A stretch of DNA of 64,000 nucleotides from Patescibacteria group bacterium (GTDB lineage: Bacteria > Patescibacteriota > UBA1384 > CAJBMM01). The stretch spans positions 302,481-366,480 of the forward strand of contig JBAZWC010000001.1 in the NCBI GenBank assembly GCA_041660565.1, read 5' to 3'. Shown piece by piece: positions 8,631 through 19,484 of the stretch. Made by a program: the position numbers and the translations under genes. Position 1 is the stretch's first letter, and every line of letters begins with the position of its first letter. The notes beneath the pieces were generated by a model. That model made no database searches and was not told where the DNA came from. It was given only the letters and a program-made list of their open reading frames with translations.

Positions 8631-8656
8631 CTATGTCAAACTGACAAACCGGTGTT

Positions 8657-8725
8657 TGTCATCCCCGCCCCGCTAAGCGGGGCATTGGGACGCTAAGCGT
8701 CCCGACGTTCTATTCGGGGATCCAG
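8657..8725. repeat. double-hairpin palindromic element, family GTCATCCCCGCCCCGCTAAGCGGGGC..GGGACGCTAAGCGTCCC..ATTCGGGGATCCAG
   Basis: Copies at 21101-21231 (with insertion), 41763-41824 (reverse), fragment at 3096-3130. Confidence 0.7.
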
Positions 8726-8739
8726 AAATGAAGGTGGAA

Positions 8740-9201
8740 CTAATTGCTCACAAAATCTGATAAATGGTCAGAAATAGTCAGCGTAATATGCGACAAAACA
8801 TGGTCATGATCAGTGGGGTTTGATTCAGACACCAAATACGCTAATTCGTATAGATCGGCTGCACTTATGATTAGCCACTTGTCATTGTTGGCCAAAAACA
8901 CTAGCAATGCCATCACAGCAATTCTTTTGTTACCGTTTTGGAACGGATGGTTTTTGATTAGTGAATAAAACAAAATCGATGCTTGATCCACTAGATTTGG
9001 ATACAACAGCTTACCACCGAATGATTGTGACGGTTGTCCGAGCGCGGATTCTAACAATGAAACGTCCCGAGTTGAATAATCGGGAATCGGTTGATTGAAA
9101 GTCATTAGATCTCTAGCGAGATTAAAACACAAGTATTCGAAATCTTGCGAGTTTATCCAAGCCGTTTCAGACGGCGGCGAGTTTTTTGAATGTTGATTCA
9201 T
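8740..9201 (-). CDS. doc: Doc (death-on-curing) family toxin, Fic/Doc superfamily
   Basis: Doc motif HPFQNGNKRIAVMA (HxFx[DN]GNKR), 153 aa. Confidence 0.75.
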   Translation of the reverse strand: MNQHSKNSPPSETAWINSQDFEYLCFNLARDLMTFNQPIPDYSTRDVSLLESALGQPSQSFGGKLLYPNLVDQASILFYSLIKNHPFQNGNKRIAVMALLVFLANNDKWLIISAADLYELAYLVSESNPTDHDHVLSHITLTISDHLSDFVSN

Positions 9202-9307
9202 ACTCTTTTAGACCACGCTTAACCGCTCGATCAATAGTTTTGGCCTTTTTAGGGTTAACTTTTTGATAAGCTTTGACGTCAATGCTTGAAAAAACAACTT
9301 TGTTCAT
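9167..9307 (-). CDS. candidate small upstream partner ORF of Doc (possible Phd-like antitoxin; 46 aa, MNKVVFSSIDVKAYQKVNPKKAKTIDRAVKRGLKEYESTFKKLAAV), overlapping doc start by 35 nt in another frame
   Basis: Manually translated; too short for ORF track; typical TA operon geometry; promoter immediately upstream. Confidence 0.35.
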   Translation of the reverse strand: MNKVVFSSIDVKAYQKVNPKKAKTIDRAVKRGLKEYESTFKKLAAV

Positions 9308-9316
9308 AATAGATAT

Positions 9317-9345
9317 ATTCTAATGCAATTAACGATCGGTGTCAA
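9317..9345 (-). promoter_or_regulatory. promoter of doc operon (TTGACA-17-TAGAAT) with -35 embedded in palindrome TGTCAaacTGACA (possible operator)
   Basis: Read on minus strand; start codon ~9 nt after -10. Confidence 0.45.
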
Positions 9346-9418
9346 ACTGACAGGGGATAGAAAATTGATGATGGAGGATAGATTGATCTCGTTCGAGCGA
9401 ATGCGAGAACTATCCGCT

Positions 9419-9490
9419 GTCATTCCGGGCTCGACCCGGAATCTATGTAATTCTTTTATAGACTGGATTCCCGCCTTCGCGGGAATGACA
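9419..9490. repeat. hairpin repeat pair: GTCATTCCGGGCTCGACCCGGAATC + TTTATAGACTGGATTCCCGCCTTCGCGGGAATGACA
   Basis: Same units at 16210-16235, 37295-37372, 41704-41730, 62234-62268. Confidence 0.7.
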
Positions 9491-9562
9491 TTGTAAAAAC
9501 CCCTAATCAGCTAATAACCCTCCGGGCGTAGCCCTACGGGCGGAGCCTAATAACCTAATAAC

Positions 9563-11308
9563 CTACAGCGTCCGTGTATGGACCTCGGTTACAAAGCTAA
9601 TTAGTTCGTCTTTGAGCTCAATTTTAAGATCGCCAGGTATCTGCACGCCCGCCTCTTGCCCACTTAACATCTCTTTAACTTCTTCTTTACCCCGGCGTAG
9701 TCCTAACACTTTACCTTCACCAATTTGCTCTTTTTTACGCATCACTCTAAATTGCTCACCCATTTTAAGAATGCCATCTTCTACCAATACCCCAATTACT
9801 TGAGATTTGGTGTTTCCCTTAAATACGGCGATTACTTTGCAATGCGCGTGATCTATCACCACTTCTTCTGGCGGTAGCAATTTGCTTAAAGCGGTTTTGG
9901 CATCTTCAACTAAATCGTAAATGACATCGTATGAAGAAATGTTAACTTTTTCTTTGTCGGCTAATTGACGCATTGAGGCCGAAACCGGCACTCTAAACGC
10001 CACCACAATCGATTTGGAAGCACGGCTTTTGGTGATGTCTGATTCAGAGACCGGCCCAACACCTAAGCCAACCAGATTTATTTTGACTTCACTGTTTCCT
10101 AGATCTTCTAGCACCGTTTTTACCGCTTCTAGCGAGCCCTGCACATCTGCTTTGACCAAAATTGGCAGCTCTTTGCTCTCCATTTGCTCTTCGGTAACAG
10201 ATTGATCTAACCCGGATTTGTTAATAGTGTGAACCCGGCCCAGGTTTATAGATGCCGCAAAACGCAATGCGTTGTCTTTAGCCTGTTTTTCGGTATCTAC
10301 CACTACCATTTGATCACCAAAGTTTGGCAACTGACGCAATCCAGAGATAACCACCGGCTGGCTGGGTAGCGCGTTATCTATTGCCTCGCCATTAAAATCT
10401 TGCAACGTTCTAATTTTGCCATAAGTTTTACCCACGGTAATGACATCGCTGTTCTTTAATTGCCCGTTTTGTACTAAAACGGTGGCCATTGGGCCTTTGC
10501 CAATCTGCATATGAGATTCAACCACCACCCCGCTGGCGCCACCTTCAAACGACGCTTGGTAGTGTTTCATTTCCGCCACCAGCAAAATCATTTCCAATAA
10601 TTGGTCAATGCCCATGTTGGTTTTAGCCGAAATTGGCACTACAACCGTTTGGCCACCCCAATCTTCTGGCACTAACTCTAACTCGGCTAATTGCTGTTTA
10701 ATGCGGTCTGGGTTTGCGCCAGGCTGATCCATTTTAGTGATGGCCACAATAATTGGCACATTGGCTAATTTGGCATGGTCTATTGCTTCGATAGTTTGCG
10801 GCTTAACGCCATCGTCTGCGGCAATTACCAAAACCACAATATCGGTAATATTGGCTCCGTGCTGGCGCATGGCGGTAAATGCGGCGTGTCCCGGTGTATC
10901 CAAAAAGGTAATTACTTTTTTGTTATGCGTTACTTGGTAGGCCGCAATATGCTGAGTAATGCCACCGGATTCGGAGGCAACTACGTTGGATTTTCTGATT
11001 GTGTCTAAAAGCGTGGTTTTGCCATGATCAACATGTCCCATAATGGTAACCACCGGAGGGCGTTCTTTTAGACTTTGCTCATCATTTATAACCGCTTCGG
11101 TGTTTAATTTTGATGCCAGTTCGGCGGTAAAACCAAATTCTTCAGAGATAATGGCCGCGGTCTCAAAATCCAAATTCTCGTTAATGGTGGCCATAATGCC
11201 GTTTTTCATTAGCATCCCAATGATTTTGGTTACCGGCACATCTAACTTATCGGCTAAATCTTTAACCGGAACAATATTGGGTAAAACTATTGGTTTTTGA
11301 TCAGACAT
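9563..11308 (-). CDS. infB: translation initiation factor IF-2 (short form, 581 aa)
   Basis: [13 protein letters not shown]-domain, full IF-2 C-terminal domains. Confidence 0.9.
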   Translation of the reverse strand: MSDQKPIVLPNIVPVKDLADKLDVPVTKIIGMLMKNGIMATINENLDFETAAIISEEFGFTAELASKLNTEAVINDEQSLKERPPVVTIMGHVDHGKTTLLDTIRKSNVVASESGGITQHIAAYQVTHNKKVITFLDTPGHAAFTAMRQHGANITDIVVLVIAADDGVKPQTIEAIDHAKLANVPIIVAITKMDQPGANPDRIKQQLAELELVPEDWGGQTVVVPISAKTNMGIDQLLEMILLVAEMKHYQASFEGGASGVVVESHMQIGKGPMATVLVQNGQLKNSDVITVGKTYGKIRTLQDFNGEAIDNALPSQPVVISGLRQLPNFGDQMVVVDTEKQAKDNALRFAASINLGRVHTINKSGLDQSVTEEQMESKELPILVKADVQGSLEAVKTVLEDLGNSEVKINLVGLGVGPVSESDITKSRASKSIVVAFRVPVSASMRQLADKEKVNISSYDVIYDLVEDAKTALSKLLPPEEVVIDHAHCKVIAVFKGNTKSQVIGVLVEDGILKMGEQFRVMRKKEQIGEGKVLGLRRGKEEVKEMLSGQEAGVQIPGDLKIELKDELISFVTEVHTRTL

Positions 11309-11350
11309 GGTCTCCTGAATTTAAAATTTAAAATTAAAAATTAAAAATTG

Positions 11351-14149
11351 TTATTTATTATCTTGTTGGTAATCGTGGATTTTAATTTGTGGCTTTGGTG
11401 TTTCGACTTTAATTTTGACTGCCGGCTTTGATTCTTTAATCGGCTTAACGGATTTTGTCACTAGTTTTGATTTAGTCACAGGTTTTTGCGACTTGGTAAC
11501 CGGTTTAGACTTTTTTGCCGCCGGTTTTGATTTAGCAACAGATTTTTTTGGTGCCGGTTTGGCTTTTGCCTTGGTTGGTTTTTTTGCCAAGGCTTTTTTA
11601 GTAGTAGCAGCAGATTTCTTTACCGGGTTTGATTTCTTAACCGGAGATTTGGCGGCTTTAGTTTCTATGGCATCACCGGGCTCATCGTAAATAATTGTAA
11701 CCGAAGCCACTTTGTCGTCATTTGGCAATTTCATCATCGTTACGCCCTGCGTGTCTCTACCCAATCTCTTAATCGTATTCAATTTGGTGCGCAACACTTG
11801 GCCGCGCTGACTAATCATTAATACATCGCCATTATTTGAATTTAACACATACATGCCAATAATATGGCCGGTTCTGTCGGTGCAATTTGCCGCTCGCATC
11901 CCAATACCGCCTCGCTGTTGTAGCGTAAAGTGAGACAAAGCAGTGCGTTTGCCAAAGCCATTTTCCAGCACAATTAACAAATCCGGATCTGCATTTACGG
12001 TGTTAGAGACTACGTCCATGGCCATCACGCTATCATTGGCGCGCAACTTCATTCCACGCACTCCGGCAGCTGATCGCCCCATTACTCGCACATCGGTCTC
12101 ATCAAAGTAAATGGCTTGGCCGTTACTGGAAACTTCTATCACCTTGTCCGAACCGGTAGTGGTGCGCACCCAACGTAGCTCATCTGACTTATCTAGATTG
12201 ATGGCAATTAAACCGGTTTTGCGCACATTGGCGTAGTCGGCAATTTTGGATTTTTTAACCGTGCCCTTAACTGTGGCAAACAGGAAATACTGATAAGATT
12301 TCTTTTGCTCGGCGTTCAAGGTAAGCACCGAGGTAACTTTTTCGGTGGATGAAATTTGGATGATGTTTACTAGCGCTTGACCTTTAGCTTGGCGCGAAGA
12401 CGAAGGAATTTCGTACACTTTGGTCTGAAAAATGCGCCCTTTGTTGGTAAAGAAGAGCAAATCATCGTGCGTAGAGGCAATAATCAGCCGATCAACCTGA
12501 TCTTCATCTTTGGTGGTCATGCCAATTACCCCTTTTCCACCGCGAATCTGGCTTTGATAGGTAGAGGTAGGCACGCGCTTAATGTAGTTGTCTCGGGTAA
12601 TGGAAACCACCACTTGCTCGTCTGGAATAAGGTCGGTGGCCACAAATTTGTCTAGCGCATGTGGCACGATAGTGGTTTTGCGGGGATCACCGTATTTTTC
12701 TTTAATTTCAGCTAGCTCGGCTTTAATGATGGAGCGAATTTTTTCCGGATGCGCCAATAAATCTTCTAATCTGGCAATTTCTTTCTTCACTGCTTCATAT
12801 TCATCTTCGATTTTTTGACGTTCCAATGCCGCTAGTTGCGCCAAGCGCATTTCCAAAATGGCATCGGTTTGTAATTCGGACAATTTGAATTTTGCCATCA
12901 ACTGCACTTTGGCGTCGGCACGATCTTTAGACGCGCGAATGGTGTTAATTACCTCGTCCAAATGATCTAGGGCAATCTTTAAGCCCTCTAAAATATGTAA
13001 ACGATCTTTGGCTTTGCCCAACTCAAACTCGGTGCGACGGGTTAGCACTTCGACGCGGTGGACAATAAAGAACTCGAGCATTTCTTTGAGGGTCATGGTG
13101 CGCGGCTCTAAATTCGGTGTTAGCGCCAGCATGTTCACGTGAAATGCTACTTGCATTTGGGTTAGCTCATACAGTTGGTTCAAAATCTTTTTGGGATAGC
13201 CCGAAGTCTTTAATTCAACCACAATGCGCATACCGGTGCGGTCTGATTCATCACGTAAATCTGAAATGCCCTCTATTCGCTTTTCTTTGACTAAATCGGC
13301 AATTTTGCTTACCAAAGTGGATTTGTTTACTTGATATGGAATCTGGCTGATGATAATGCGATTTTGACCACGTTTGTCTTCTTCAATTTCGGCAACAGCG
13401 CGAATGATAATGCGCCCGCGACCGGTGGAAAATGCGGTTTTAATGTCATCTAGGTTATAAATAATGCCGCCGGTAGGAAAATCTGGACCTTTTATAAACT
13501 GCATTAATTCATCAATAGTGGCGTCGCCATTATCTATGAGGTGGATAATACCATCACACAGCTCGGTTAAGTTGTGAGGTGGAATGTTGGTGGCCATACC
13601 AACCGCAATACCAACCGAACCGTTAAGTAACAACTGTGGTATTTTAGCCGGTAATACTTTTGGCTCCTGCAAACGACCATCGTAGTTTGGCACCCAATTA
13701 ACAGTATTTTTGTCAATGTCTTGTAACATTTCGGCGGTAATTTTGGCCATGCGACATTCGGTATAACGCATTGCCGCCGCGCCATCACCATCTACTGAGC
13801 CAAAGTTACCTTGACCATCTACCATGGTGTAACGCATCGAAAAATCTTGTGCCATACGCACCACAGTATCGTAAATTGCCAAATCGCCGTGCGGGTGAAA
13901 ATCTTTCATCACCTGTCCCACCACAGCGGCGGATTTCTGATATCGGGCCGAGGCGGTTAAATTGAGCTTGTGCATGGCGTAAATAACACGGCGATGCACC
14001 GGTTTCATGCCGTCGCGAACATCTGGTAAAGCGCGCGCAACAATAACCGACATGGCGTAATCTAGATAGCTTTTCTGCACCTCGTCTTCGACGTGCTGAA
14101 TTTGTATCCGGCCGATGTTTGAATTTTCAATTTCTGTTTCTTCTGGCAT
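11351..14149 (-). CDS. gyrA: DNA gyrase subunit A with ~110-aa lysine/alanine/proline-rich histone-H1-like C-terminal tail
   Basis: GyrA N-terminus incl. active-site region, GyrA-box beta-pinwheel repeats; tail [26 protein letters not shown]... Confidence 0.95.
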   Translation of the reverse strand: MPEETEIENSNIGRIQIQHVEDEVQKSYLDYAMSVIVARALPDVRDGMKPVHRRVIYAMHKLNLTASARYQKSAAVVGQVMKDFHPHGDLAIYDTVVRMAQDFSMRYTMVDGQGNFGSVDGDGAAAMRYTECRMAKITAEMLQDIDKNTVNWVPNYDGRLQEPKVLPAKIPQLLLNGSVGIAVGMATNIPPHNLTELCDGIIHLIDNGDATIDELMQFIKGPDFPTGGIIYNLDDIKTAFSTGRGRIIIRAVAEIEEDKRGQNRIIISQIPYQVNKSTLVSKIADLVKEKRIEGISDLRDESDRTGMRIVVELKTSGYPKKILNQLYELTQMQVAFHVNMLALTPNLEPRTMTLKEMLEFFIVHRVEVLTRRTEFELGKAKDRLHILEGLKIALDHLDEVINTIRASKDRADAKVQLMAKFKLSELQTDAILEMRLAQLAALERQKIEDEYEAVKKEIARLEDLLAHPEKIRSIIKAELAEIKEKYGDPRKTTIVPHALDKFVATDLIPDEQVVVSITRDNYIKRVPTSTYQSQIRGGKGVIGMTTKDEDQVDRLIIASTHDDLLFFTNKGRIFQTKVYEIPSSSRQAKGQALVNIIQISSTEKVTSVLTLNAEQKKSYQYFLFATVKGTVKKSKIADYANVRKTGLIAINLDKSDELRWVRTTTGSDKVIEVSSNGQAIYFDETDVRVMGRSAAGVRGMKLRANDSVMAMDVVSNTVNADPDLLIVLENGFGKRTALSHFTLQQRGGIGMRAANCTDRTGHIIGMYVLNSNNGDVLMISQRGQVLRTKLNTIKRLGRDTQGVTMMKLPNDDKVASVTIIYDEPGDAIETKAAKSPVKKSNPVKKSAATTKKALAKKPTKAKAKPAPKKSVAKSKPAAKKSKPVTKSQKPVTKSKLVTKSVKPIKESKPAVKIKVETPKPQIKIHDYQQDNK

Positions 14150-14159
14150 TTCGTTTTCC

Positions 14160-16142
14160 TTATACGTCTAGGGTAGCTGAGTGGGCGTGGGTTTGGATAA
14201 ATCGCTTGCGCGGCGGTACTTCATCACCCATTAACATACTAAACAGCTCGTCGGCCTTCATGGCGTCAAATACACTTACTTGTAACAGAATACGGTTGGC
14301 GGGATCCATGGTGGTGTCCCATAGTTGCTCGGCGTTCATTTCACCCAAACCTTTGTAGCGCTGTACGATGTATCTGGATGATTTGACTACCGGCGTTTCC
14401 GCTTCTTCGCTTAAATCATCTTCCGGCACTACTGAATCGTCTTTAATGTTTAGCTTTTTGAACAGCGCCGCTTTTTCCTCGTCGTTATAGGCGTAATGTT
14501 TGTCTTTGCCTTTGGTTACAGCGTAAAGTGGCGGCTGAGCGATATAAACGTAGCCAGCATCAATAATTTCGCGAAAATATCGGAAGAAGAAAGTTAGGAG
14601 AAGCGTGCGGATGTGAGCTCCATCTACATCGGCATCTGTCATGATGACAATACGATGATAGCGCACCTTATTGATATCAAACATATCGCCAATGCCGGCC
14701 CCAATGGCCACAATTAACGCCTTGATTTCATCTGATGCTAACATGCGGTCTAATCTGGCACGCTCGACGTTTAGAATTTTTCCTTTAAGTGGCAAAATGG
14801 CTTGAAAACGACGGTCTCGTCCCATTTTGGCCGAACCACCAGCCGAGTCTCCCTCAACAATAAATATTTCTGATTTGGCGGCTGATTTTTCGGAACAGTC
14901 AGCCAATTTACCCGGCAAGGTCATGCCTTCTAGCGCGCCTTTACGAATAACGGTGTCGCGTGCCGCTCTTGCCGCCAAACGCGCCCGTGCCGACAAGGAA
15001 CATTTTTCGATAATACCCTTGGCTTCGTTTGGATGTTCTTCCATATAATAACCAAGCAGTTCAGTAGTGATGTTTTCTACCACCGCCCGAACATCGGCAT
15101 TACCCAATTTGGATTTGGTCTGGCCTTCAAATTGCGGCTCTGGTAATTTTACTGATACAACGGCCACCAAGCCCTCGCGCACATCTTCACCGGTCAACGC
15201 GCCATCTGCATCTTTTAATAAACCACTTTTCTTGGCGTAATCGTTAATTACCCGAGTTAACGCCGACCGAAAACCGGTTAAGTGTGTGCCACCCTCTACG
15301 GTGTGAATGTTGTTGGCAAAGGTGTAAACGTGCTCATTAAAATCATCGCTATAAGTCAGCGCCACCTCTACCATCAAATTGCCGGACTCTTTTTCACCAT
15401 AAAACGGCGGATCAATAATTGACTGCTTGTTTTGGTTCAAATGACGCACGTAACTGGCAATTCCACCTTCAAAATAAAACGAATACGTCTGCACTTCTTC
15501 GGTGCGCTGATCTCGAATGTTTAGTTTGATGCCTTTGGTTAGATACGCTTGCTGGCGTAAGTGATTTACAATAGTTGTCCAGTCAAACTCAATAACTTCA
15601 AAAATTTCGGCATCTGGCTTAAAGGTGATGGTAGTACCGGTGCCGGTTGAGGTACCGGACGCCGCGACATCGGCTACCGGTTTGCCACGATGATATTCTT
15701 GAGCGTAGATTTTGCCATCCCGAAATACTTCGGCTTTGACCCATTCGGACAAAGCATTAACTACGCTTACACCAACGCCGTGCAATCCACCTGAAACTTT
15801 ATATCCGCCATCACCAAATTTACCACCGGCGTGCAGAGTGGTTAAAACGGTTTCCAGCGCCGATTTGTGAGTGGTTGGATGAATATCTACCGGAATACCG
15901 CGCCCGTTATCTGCTACCGAGACGCTGTTATCGGGATTCATAATGATATCAATTTGATCGCAGAACCCGGCCATCGCTTCGTCGATGGAGTTATCTACCA
16001 CTTCCCAAATTAGGTGATGCAAGCCTTCAATGCCGGTGCCACCAATGTACATACCCGGACGTTTGCGTACAGGGTCTAAACCCTCTAAAACGGTAATGTT
16101 TTTGGCGTCATAGGTATGACCGGTCGCTTCGTTACTCATCAA
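14160..16142 (-). CDS. gyrB: DNA gyrase subunit B
   Basis: GHKL ATPase motifs, TOPRIM (EGDSAGG), PLKGKILNVE. Confidence 0.95.
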   Translation of the reverse strand: MMSNEATGHTYDAKNITVLEGLDPVRKRPGMYIGGTGIEGLHHLIWEVVDNSIDEAMAGFCDQIDIIMNPDNSVSVADNGRGIPVDIHPTTHKSALETVLTTLHAGGKFGDGGYKVSGGLHGVGVSVVNALSEWVKAEVFRDGKIYAQEYHRGKPVADVAASGTSTGTGTTITFKPDAEIFEVIEFDWTTIVNHLRQQAYLTKGIKLNIRDQRTEEVQTYSFYFEGGIASYVRHLNQNKQSIIDPPFYGEKESGNLMVEVALTYSDDFNEHVYTFANNIHTVEGGTHLTGFRSALTRVINDYAKKSGLLKDADGALTGEDVREGLVAVVSVKLPEPQFEGQTKSKLGNADVRAVVENITTELLGYYMEEHPNEAKGIIEKCSLSARARLAARAARDTVIRKGALEGMTLPGKLADCSEKSAAKSEIFIVEGDSAGGSAKMGRDRRFQAILPLKGKILNVERARLDRMLASDEIKALIVAIGAGIGDMFDINKVRYHRIVIMTDADVDGAHIRTLLLTFFFRYFREIIDAGYVYIAQPPLYAVTKGKDKHYAYNDEEKAALFKKLNIKDDSVVPEDDLSEEAETPVVKSSRYIVQRYKGLGEMNAEQLWDTTMDPANRILLQVSVFDAMKADELFSMLMGDEVPPRKRFIQTHAHSATLDV

Positions 16143-16209
16143 GTCCTTTTATGTGTTTACTAATTCATTTTACACTAGATTAGAGCCAAATTCAACTTAA
16201 ACATCTCTT

Positions 16210-16235
16210 GTCATTCCGGGCTCGACCCGGAATCT
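16210..16235. repeat. hairpin repeat GTCATTCCGGGCTCGACCCGGAATC
   Basis: Identical to 9419-9445. Confidence 0.7.
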
Positions 16236-16249
16236 ATATAAATGAATCA

Positions 16250-16281
16250 CCCGCGCCGGCCATAAGGCTAGCGCGGGTAAC
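16250..16281 (-). terminator. GC-rich hairpin terminator (acccgcgccggccataaggctagcgcgggt)
   Basis: 8-bp GC stem directly downstream of stop at 16292, T/A-rich tail on minus strand. Confidence 0.45.
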
Positions 16282-16291
16282 TTGACAGTGA

Positions 16292-16579
16292 TCACGCGAC
16301 GATTTCGCGCTCGAGGACCTGCATTCCGTTGACGCGTCTACAGGGGTTGCACTTCAAGGCAAAGATCAACCCGCACGACGTACACTGGATTGGCCAGACA
16401 TGCCCACCATATCGAACGGCGTCTCGGGCATCGATCGTGAAGTCACCATGCTCGCAGCAGTAACCATCAGTGGACGAGTCAAGAATAATACGCTTGTCCT
16501 TCACGCCAGACTGGTGCACAACGATCTCTCTCAAAGCCATCACCCCCTTCAATGCGAAGAGTAAGTCTCTCTTGTTCAC
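16292..16579 (-). CDS. small Cys-rich hypothetical protein (CCEHGDF...CTSCG...CNPC) in a GC-rich mini-island
   Basis: 95-aa ORF, GC-rich relative to flanks. Confidence 0.3.
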   Translation of the reverse strand: MNKRDLLFALKGVMALREIVVHQSGVKDKRIILDSSTDGYCCEHGDFTIDARDAVRYGGHVWPIQCTSCGLIFALKCNPCRRVNGMQVLEREIVA

Positions 16580-16903
16580 TACGAACAGCTTTTGGCTAAC
16601 TAGGCGCTGGTGGACATCGCAGAGGTCGAATTCGGCTCAGCGTCCCGCCGGCTTCTGCCGCACTTCTTGCAATACGCGGCCGGGGTGAAGTGATTGGTGC
16701 CGTCGAACCGACACGTCCACGAGGTGGCGTCAACAAAAACGCCTGACCGCCTCGCAACAGAGGTTTCGACCAACCTAGCCGACTCGATTCCAACAAGGTA
16801 TGGTGTGCCCAATCCCGTACTCCTGGAGATTTGATAGCGATATTATAACAGATTATTTGATTTATTAAAAGGGCAACCCTGCAAATCTATCTGACTTACA
16901 GGG

Positions 16904-17098
16904 CTAAACGACATCCAGGTTGTCCCAATCTACAAAGCGCACCATAGCGCTTCTAAGCACAAAGCCACACCAACCGCACCGAATCTTGCTCCCTCCTCGT
17001 TTCTTGCGGACATGACCGCAATGGCAACATACGTGCTGCAAATCTTCTGGTTGGATGAAATCCTCAACCAGAACGACGTCAACGCACAGTTCGTCCAT
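16904..17098 (-). CDS. small zinc-ribbon-like hypothetical protein (VCCHCGH...CGWCG); the N-terminal extension in the ORF track is encoded by a repeat element
   Basis: Start set at MDELC; CxxC...CxxC. Confidence 0.3.
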   Translation of the reverse strand: MDELCVDVVLVEDFIQPEDLQHVCCHCGHVRKKRGGSKIRCGWCGFVLRSAMVRFVDWDNLDVV

Positions 17099-17119
17099 AA
17101 TCCGACCTCCAATAGGCGT

Positions 17120-17277
17120 TGTCATTTCGACCCTGCGAGCGTTGTCGAGCTGTTGGCTTCCTGCCCTCTTAGGGCGTAAGCCCGGAGGGAGAAATCTCAA
17201 AATGAATTTTGAAGAGATTCTTTCTCAGATTTCTCCACCGTGGTCGAGTTGCGACTCTCCCCGAGTCGAAATGACAG
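17120..17277. repeat. MITE-like element, family TGTCATTTCGAC...GGAGAAATCT..AGATTTCTCC...GTCGAAATGACAG (terminal inverted repeats ~13 bp), with a nested extra hairpin
   Basis: Full copies at 22372-22497 and 24029-24150; half copies at 36174-36236 and 40847-40908. Confidence 0.7.
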
Positions 17278-17285
17278 TTTTTACA

Positions 17286-19439
17286 CTATTTTAGCACCAT
17301 CGCCGTTTGCCAATTGGTTTTGGTGTAAAGTTCAAAGTTAGTCTGAATGTTTTGGAAAGTTAGACCATTAGCATTTACCAAATTCAGTTTTAATTTATCG
17401 CCAATGGTACCGGGCTGTTTTACATAGCTGAACTGCGCCGTATTTACTCCATTTTTATCTTTCACTATCGGCATTTCGTATTCAAATTTGGTTACAGTGG
17501 TGGCTTTGACCGCCGTGGTTACCCACAAGCCAAACGTCTGATAATTATCAAATTTCTGGGTGGTCGTGCCCTCGTTCGGCGCCACTCCTTCAACCCCGTT
17601 TGTTTCACTCTTAACAAGCGTAGCGTTATCCGGCACCACTAACCGCAAATAGTTGTGATTATCGGTATCGGGCCACACGCCATTGCCGGTGTGGGTTCGA
17701 GTGATTTCAACTGAGTGCAAAATAGTATTGTGGCTGGTTGGTTTAATGGTTACCGCCACGGTCTGATTAATATTAAGACTACTCTTTAACCCGCCTAAAT
17801 TGGCGTTATTTACCATCAGAAAATCATCATTTTTTGGCAGTGGATTTATGAGCGATAATTGAGCTTTTGTATCTTTATTAGTGATAAAAAGAGGATCAAA
17901 TAACAAATGTTTCTCCATTGCCGCATCGTAAAATACTTGGGCAATTTTACCCGGATCAGTAGACATTTGTTTAAACATGGATTGCAGCAAAATTGGCACC
18001 ATATCTGCTAATATCGATTTTGGCTCGTTGGCCTGTTTGTTGGCGCTATTTTGCCAGTAGTCTTTTTCCACCGCTTGCGTGGTTACCGCGTTAAAGTTGT
18101 CTTTGTTCACCGTAATGTTATCTTTTGGAATAGTAACCGAACCCACCACGTCTAGCATTGACGAAATTAAGCTAGTGTCTATGGCCAGCACGCCATCAAC
18201 ATTAATGCCGGTTTCTTGGTTGTAAAACCACGCCACTTGCTTGGCAGCGGTGTCAAAATCTACCGACCAGTTGGAATCACGCATCAACCAGTCTTTAGTC
18301 ATCAATCCAATTTGCGCCGGCGGATCGATGTGATACATTTTGGCATAAGTGTTATCTAATTTGTAAATGTTGGTTTCGACCGCAAAACTGTTGATATTGC
18401 CGTTTTTGATCGACATAGTGGCAAAAGAGCCCAAAAATCCGCCGCTCGGACGCAATTCGGAGTTGTTTTGAAATAGCACCAGATATTTTTTAGTATTATC
18501 TTTGCCCAACAGCAACGGCAGTTCGGTTAGTAAGTTATTTAATGATTTGGCTTGATGCAACAACGTTGGCAGCTGTTCTACCAACTGTAAACGCGTTTTT
18601 TCCAGTGTTGGTTCAGTGGATGGAGTTTTGGCATACAAATCTACCTGAGACTGAGCATCGGTTAGCAACTCGACAATTTTTTGCGATTGCTGAATATTGT
18701 TATTATTTGACTCCATTATGCCACTTAACACCACACTAACTTTAGACATTGGATTACTTTCGGTACTGGCATTAGTTTCATTATTGATCTTGGCCGCGTT
18801 ACTGATGTTTTCGGCTATCGTCATCAAAATTGACCCGGACCGTGTAATATCGGTCGCCGCAACCAGTAACCCCGAGGCAGTGTAAATTTGATCATGCTGA
18901 GCGAATAATGAGGTAATTTCTGAGCCCTGGCCGGCTTCAAATATCACCAATTTTGCTTGCTCAAATTGACTGGTGGCACGATCAAAATGCACTCCAGCTT
19001 CTTTGAATTGTTGCTGTTTTACCAACTCTTCGGCTAATTTTAGCTCGGCAATGCCAGATTTAGCTCTGTCTGAAATGTTGGCCTGAGCGCTGCCAACCAA
19101 AGCCGAAACCGGCAAAATGTTCATAAATAAGATAGATAGCGCAACCAAAAATGACGTAAATGCGTATATTTTACGAGTGGCAATTTGACGTTTTTTGCTT
19201 TTTAATCGAGTTGAATGCCTGGCGATGTTTTCCGGATAACCCCTGAATTTAACCAATGATGGTTGTTTTTCGTTGTACCACTCTAACCGATCTTGAGAAT
19301 GGTCTGGAGCAGCGTTTTTAACCGACAATACATCGTGACGTTGGCTAGCGGCAAAAACGCGATGCACCGGAATCTCCACGGGGGCAGCTACCACCGTGCG
19401 ACGTATCGGTTTAATATCACTTAGACGCTTCCCCTCCAT
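17286..19439 (-). CDS. DUF4012-like membrane-anchored protein (motif NNSELRPSGGFLGSFA)
   Basis: N-terminal TM, conserved ELRPSGGF(L/I)GS motif recalled for DUF4012; polysaccharide locus context. Confidence 0.45.
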   Translation of the reverse strand: MEGKRLSDIKPIRRTVVAAPVEIPVHRVFAASQRHDVLSVKNAAPDHSQDRLEWYNEKQPSLVKFRGYPENIARHSTRLKSKKRQIATRKIYAFTSFLVALSILFMNILPVSALVGSAQANISDRAKSGIAELKLAEELVKQQQFKEAGVHFDRATSQFEQAKLVIFEAGQGSEITSLFAQHDQIYTASGLLVAATDITRSGSILMTIAENISNAAKINNETNASTESNPMSKVSVVLSGIMESNNNNIQQSQKIVELLTDAQSQVDLYAKTPSTEPTLEKTRLQLVEQLPTLLHQAKSLNNLLTELPLLLGKDNTKKYLVLFQNNSELRPSGGFLGSFATMSIKNGNINSFAVETNIYKLDNTYAKMYHIDPPAQIGLMTKDWLMRDSNWSVDFDTAAKQVAWFYNQETGINVDGVLAIDTSLISSMLDVVGSVTIPKDNITVNKDNFNAVTTQAVEKDYWQNSANKQANEPKSILADMVPILLQSMFKQMSTDPGKIAQVFYDAAMEKHLLFDPLFITNKDTKAQLSLINPLPKNDDFLMVNNANLGGLKSSLNINQTVAVTIKPTSHNTILHSVEITRTHTGNGVWPDTDNHNYLRLVVPDNATLVKSETNGVEGVAPNEGTTTQKFDNYQTFGLWVTTAVKATTVTKFEYEMPIVKDKNGVNTAQFSYVKQPGTIGDKLKLNLVNANGLTFQNIQTNFELYTKTNWQTAMVLK

Positions 19440-19484
19440 TAGTGCCTATCCTTTTACCCAATTGGTCAAATTAGTTAAATGGGA

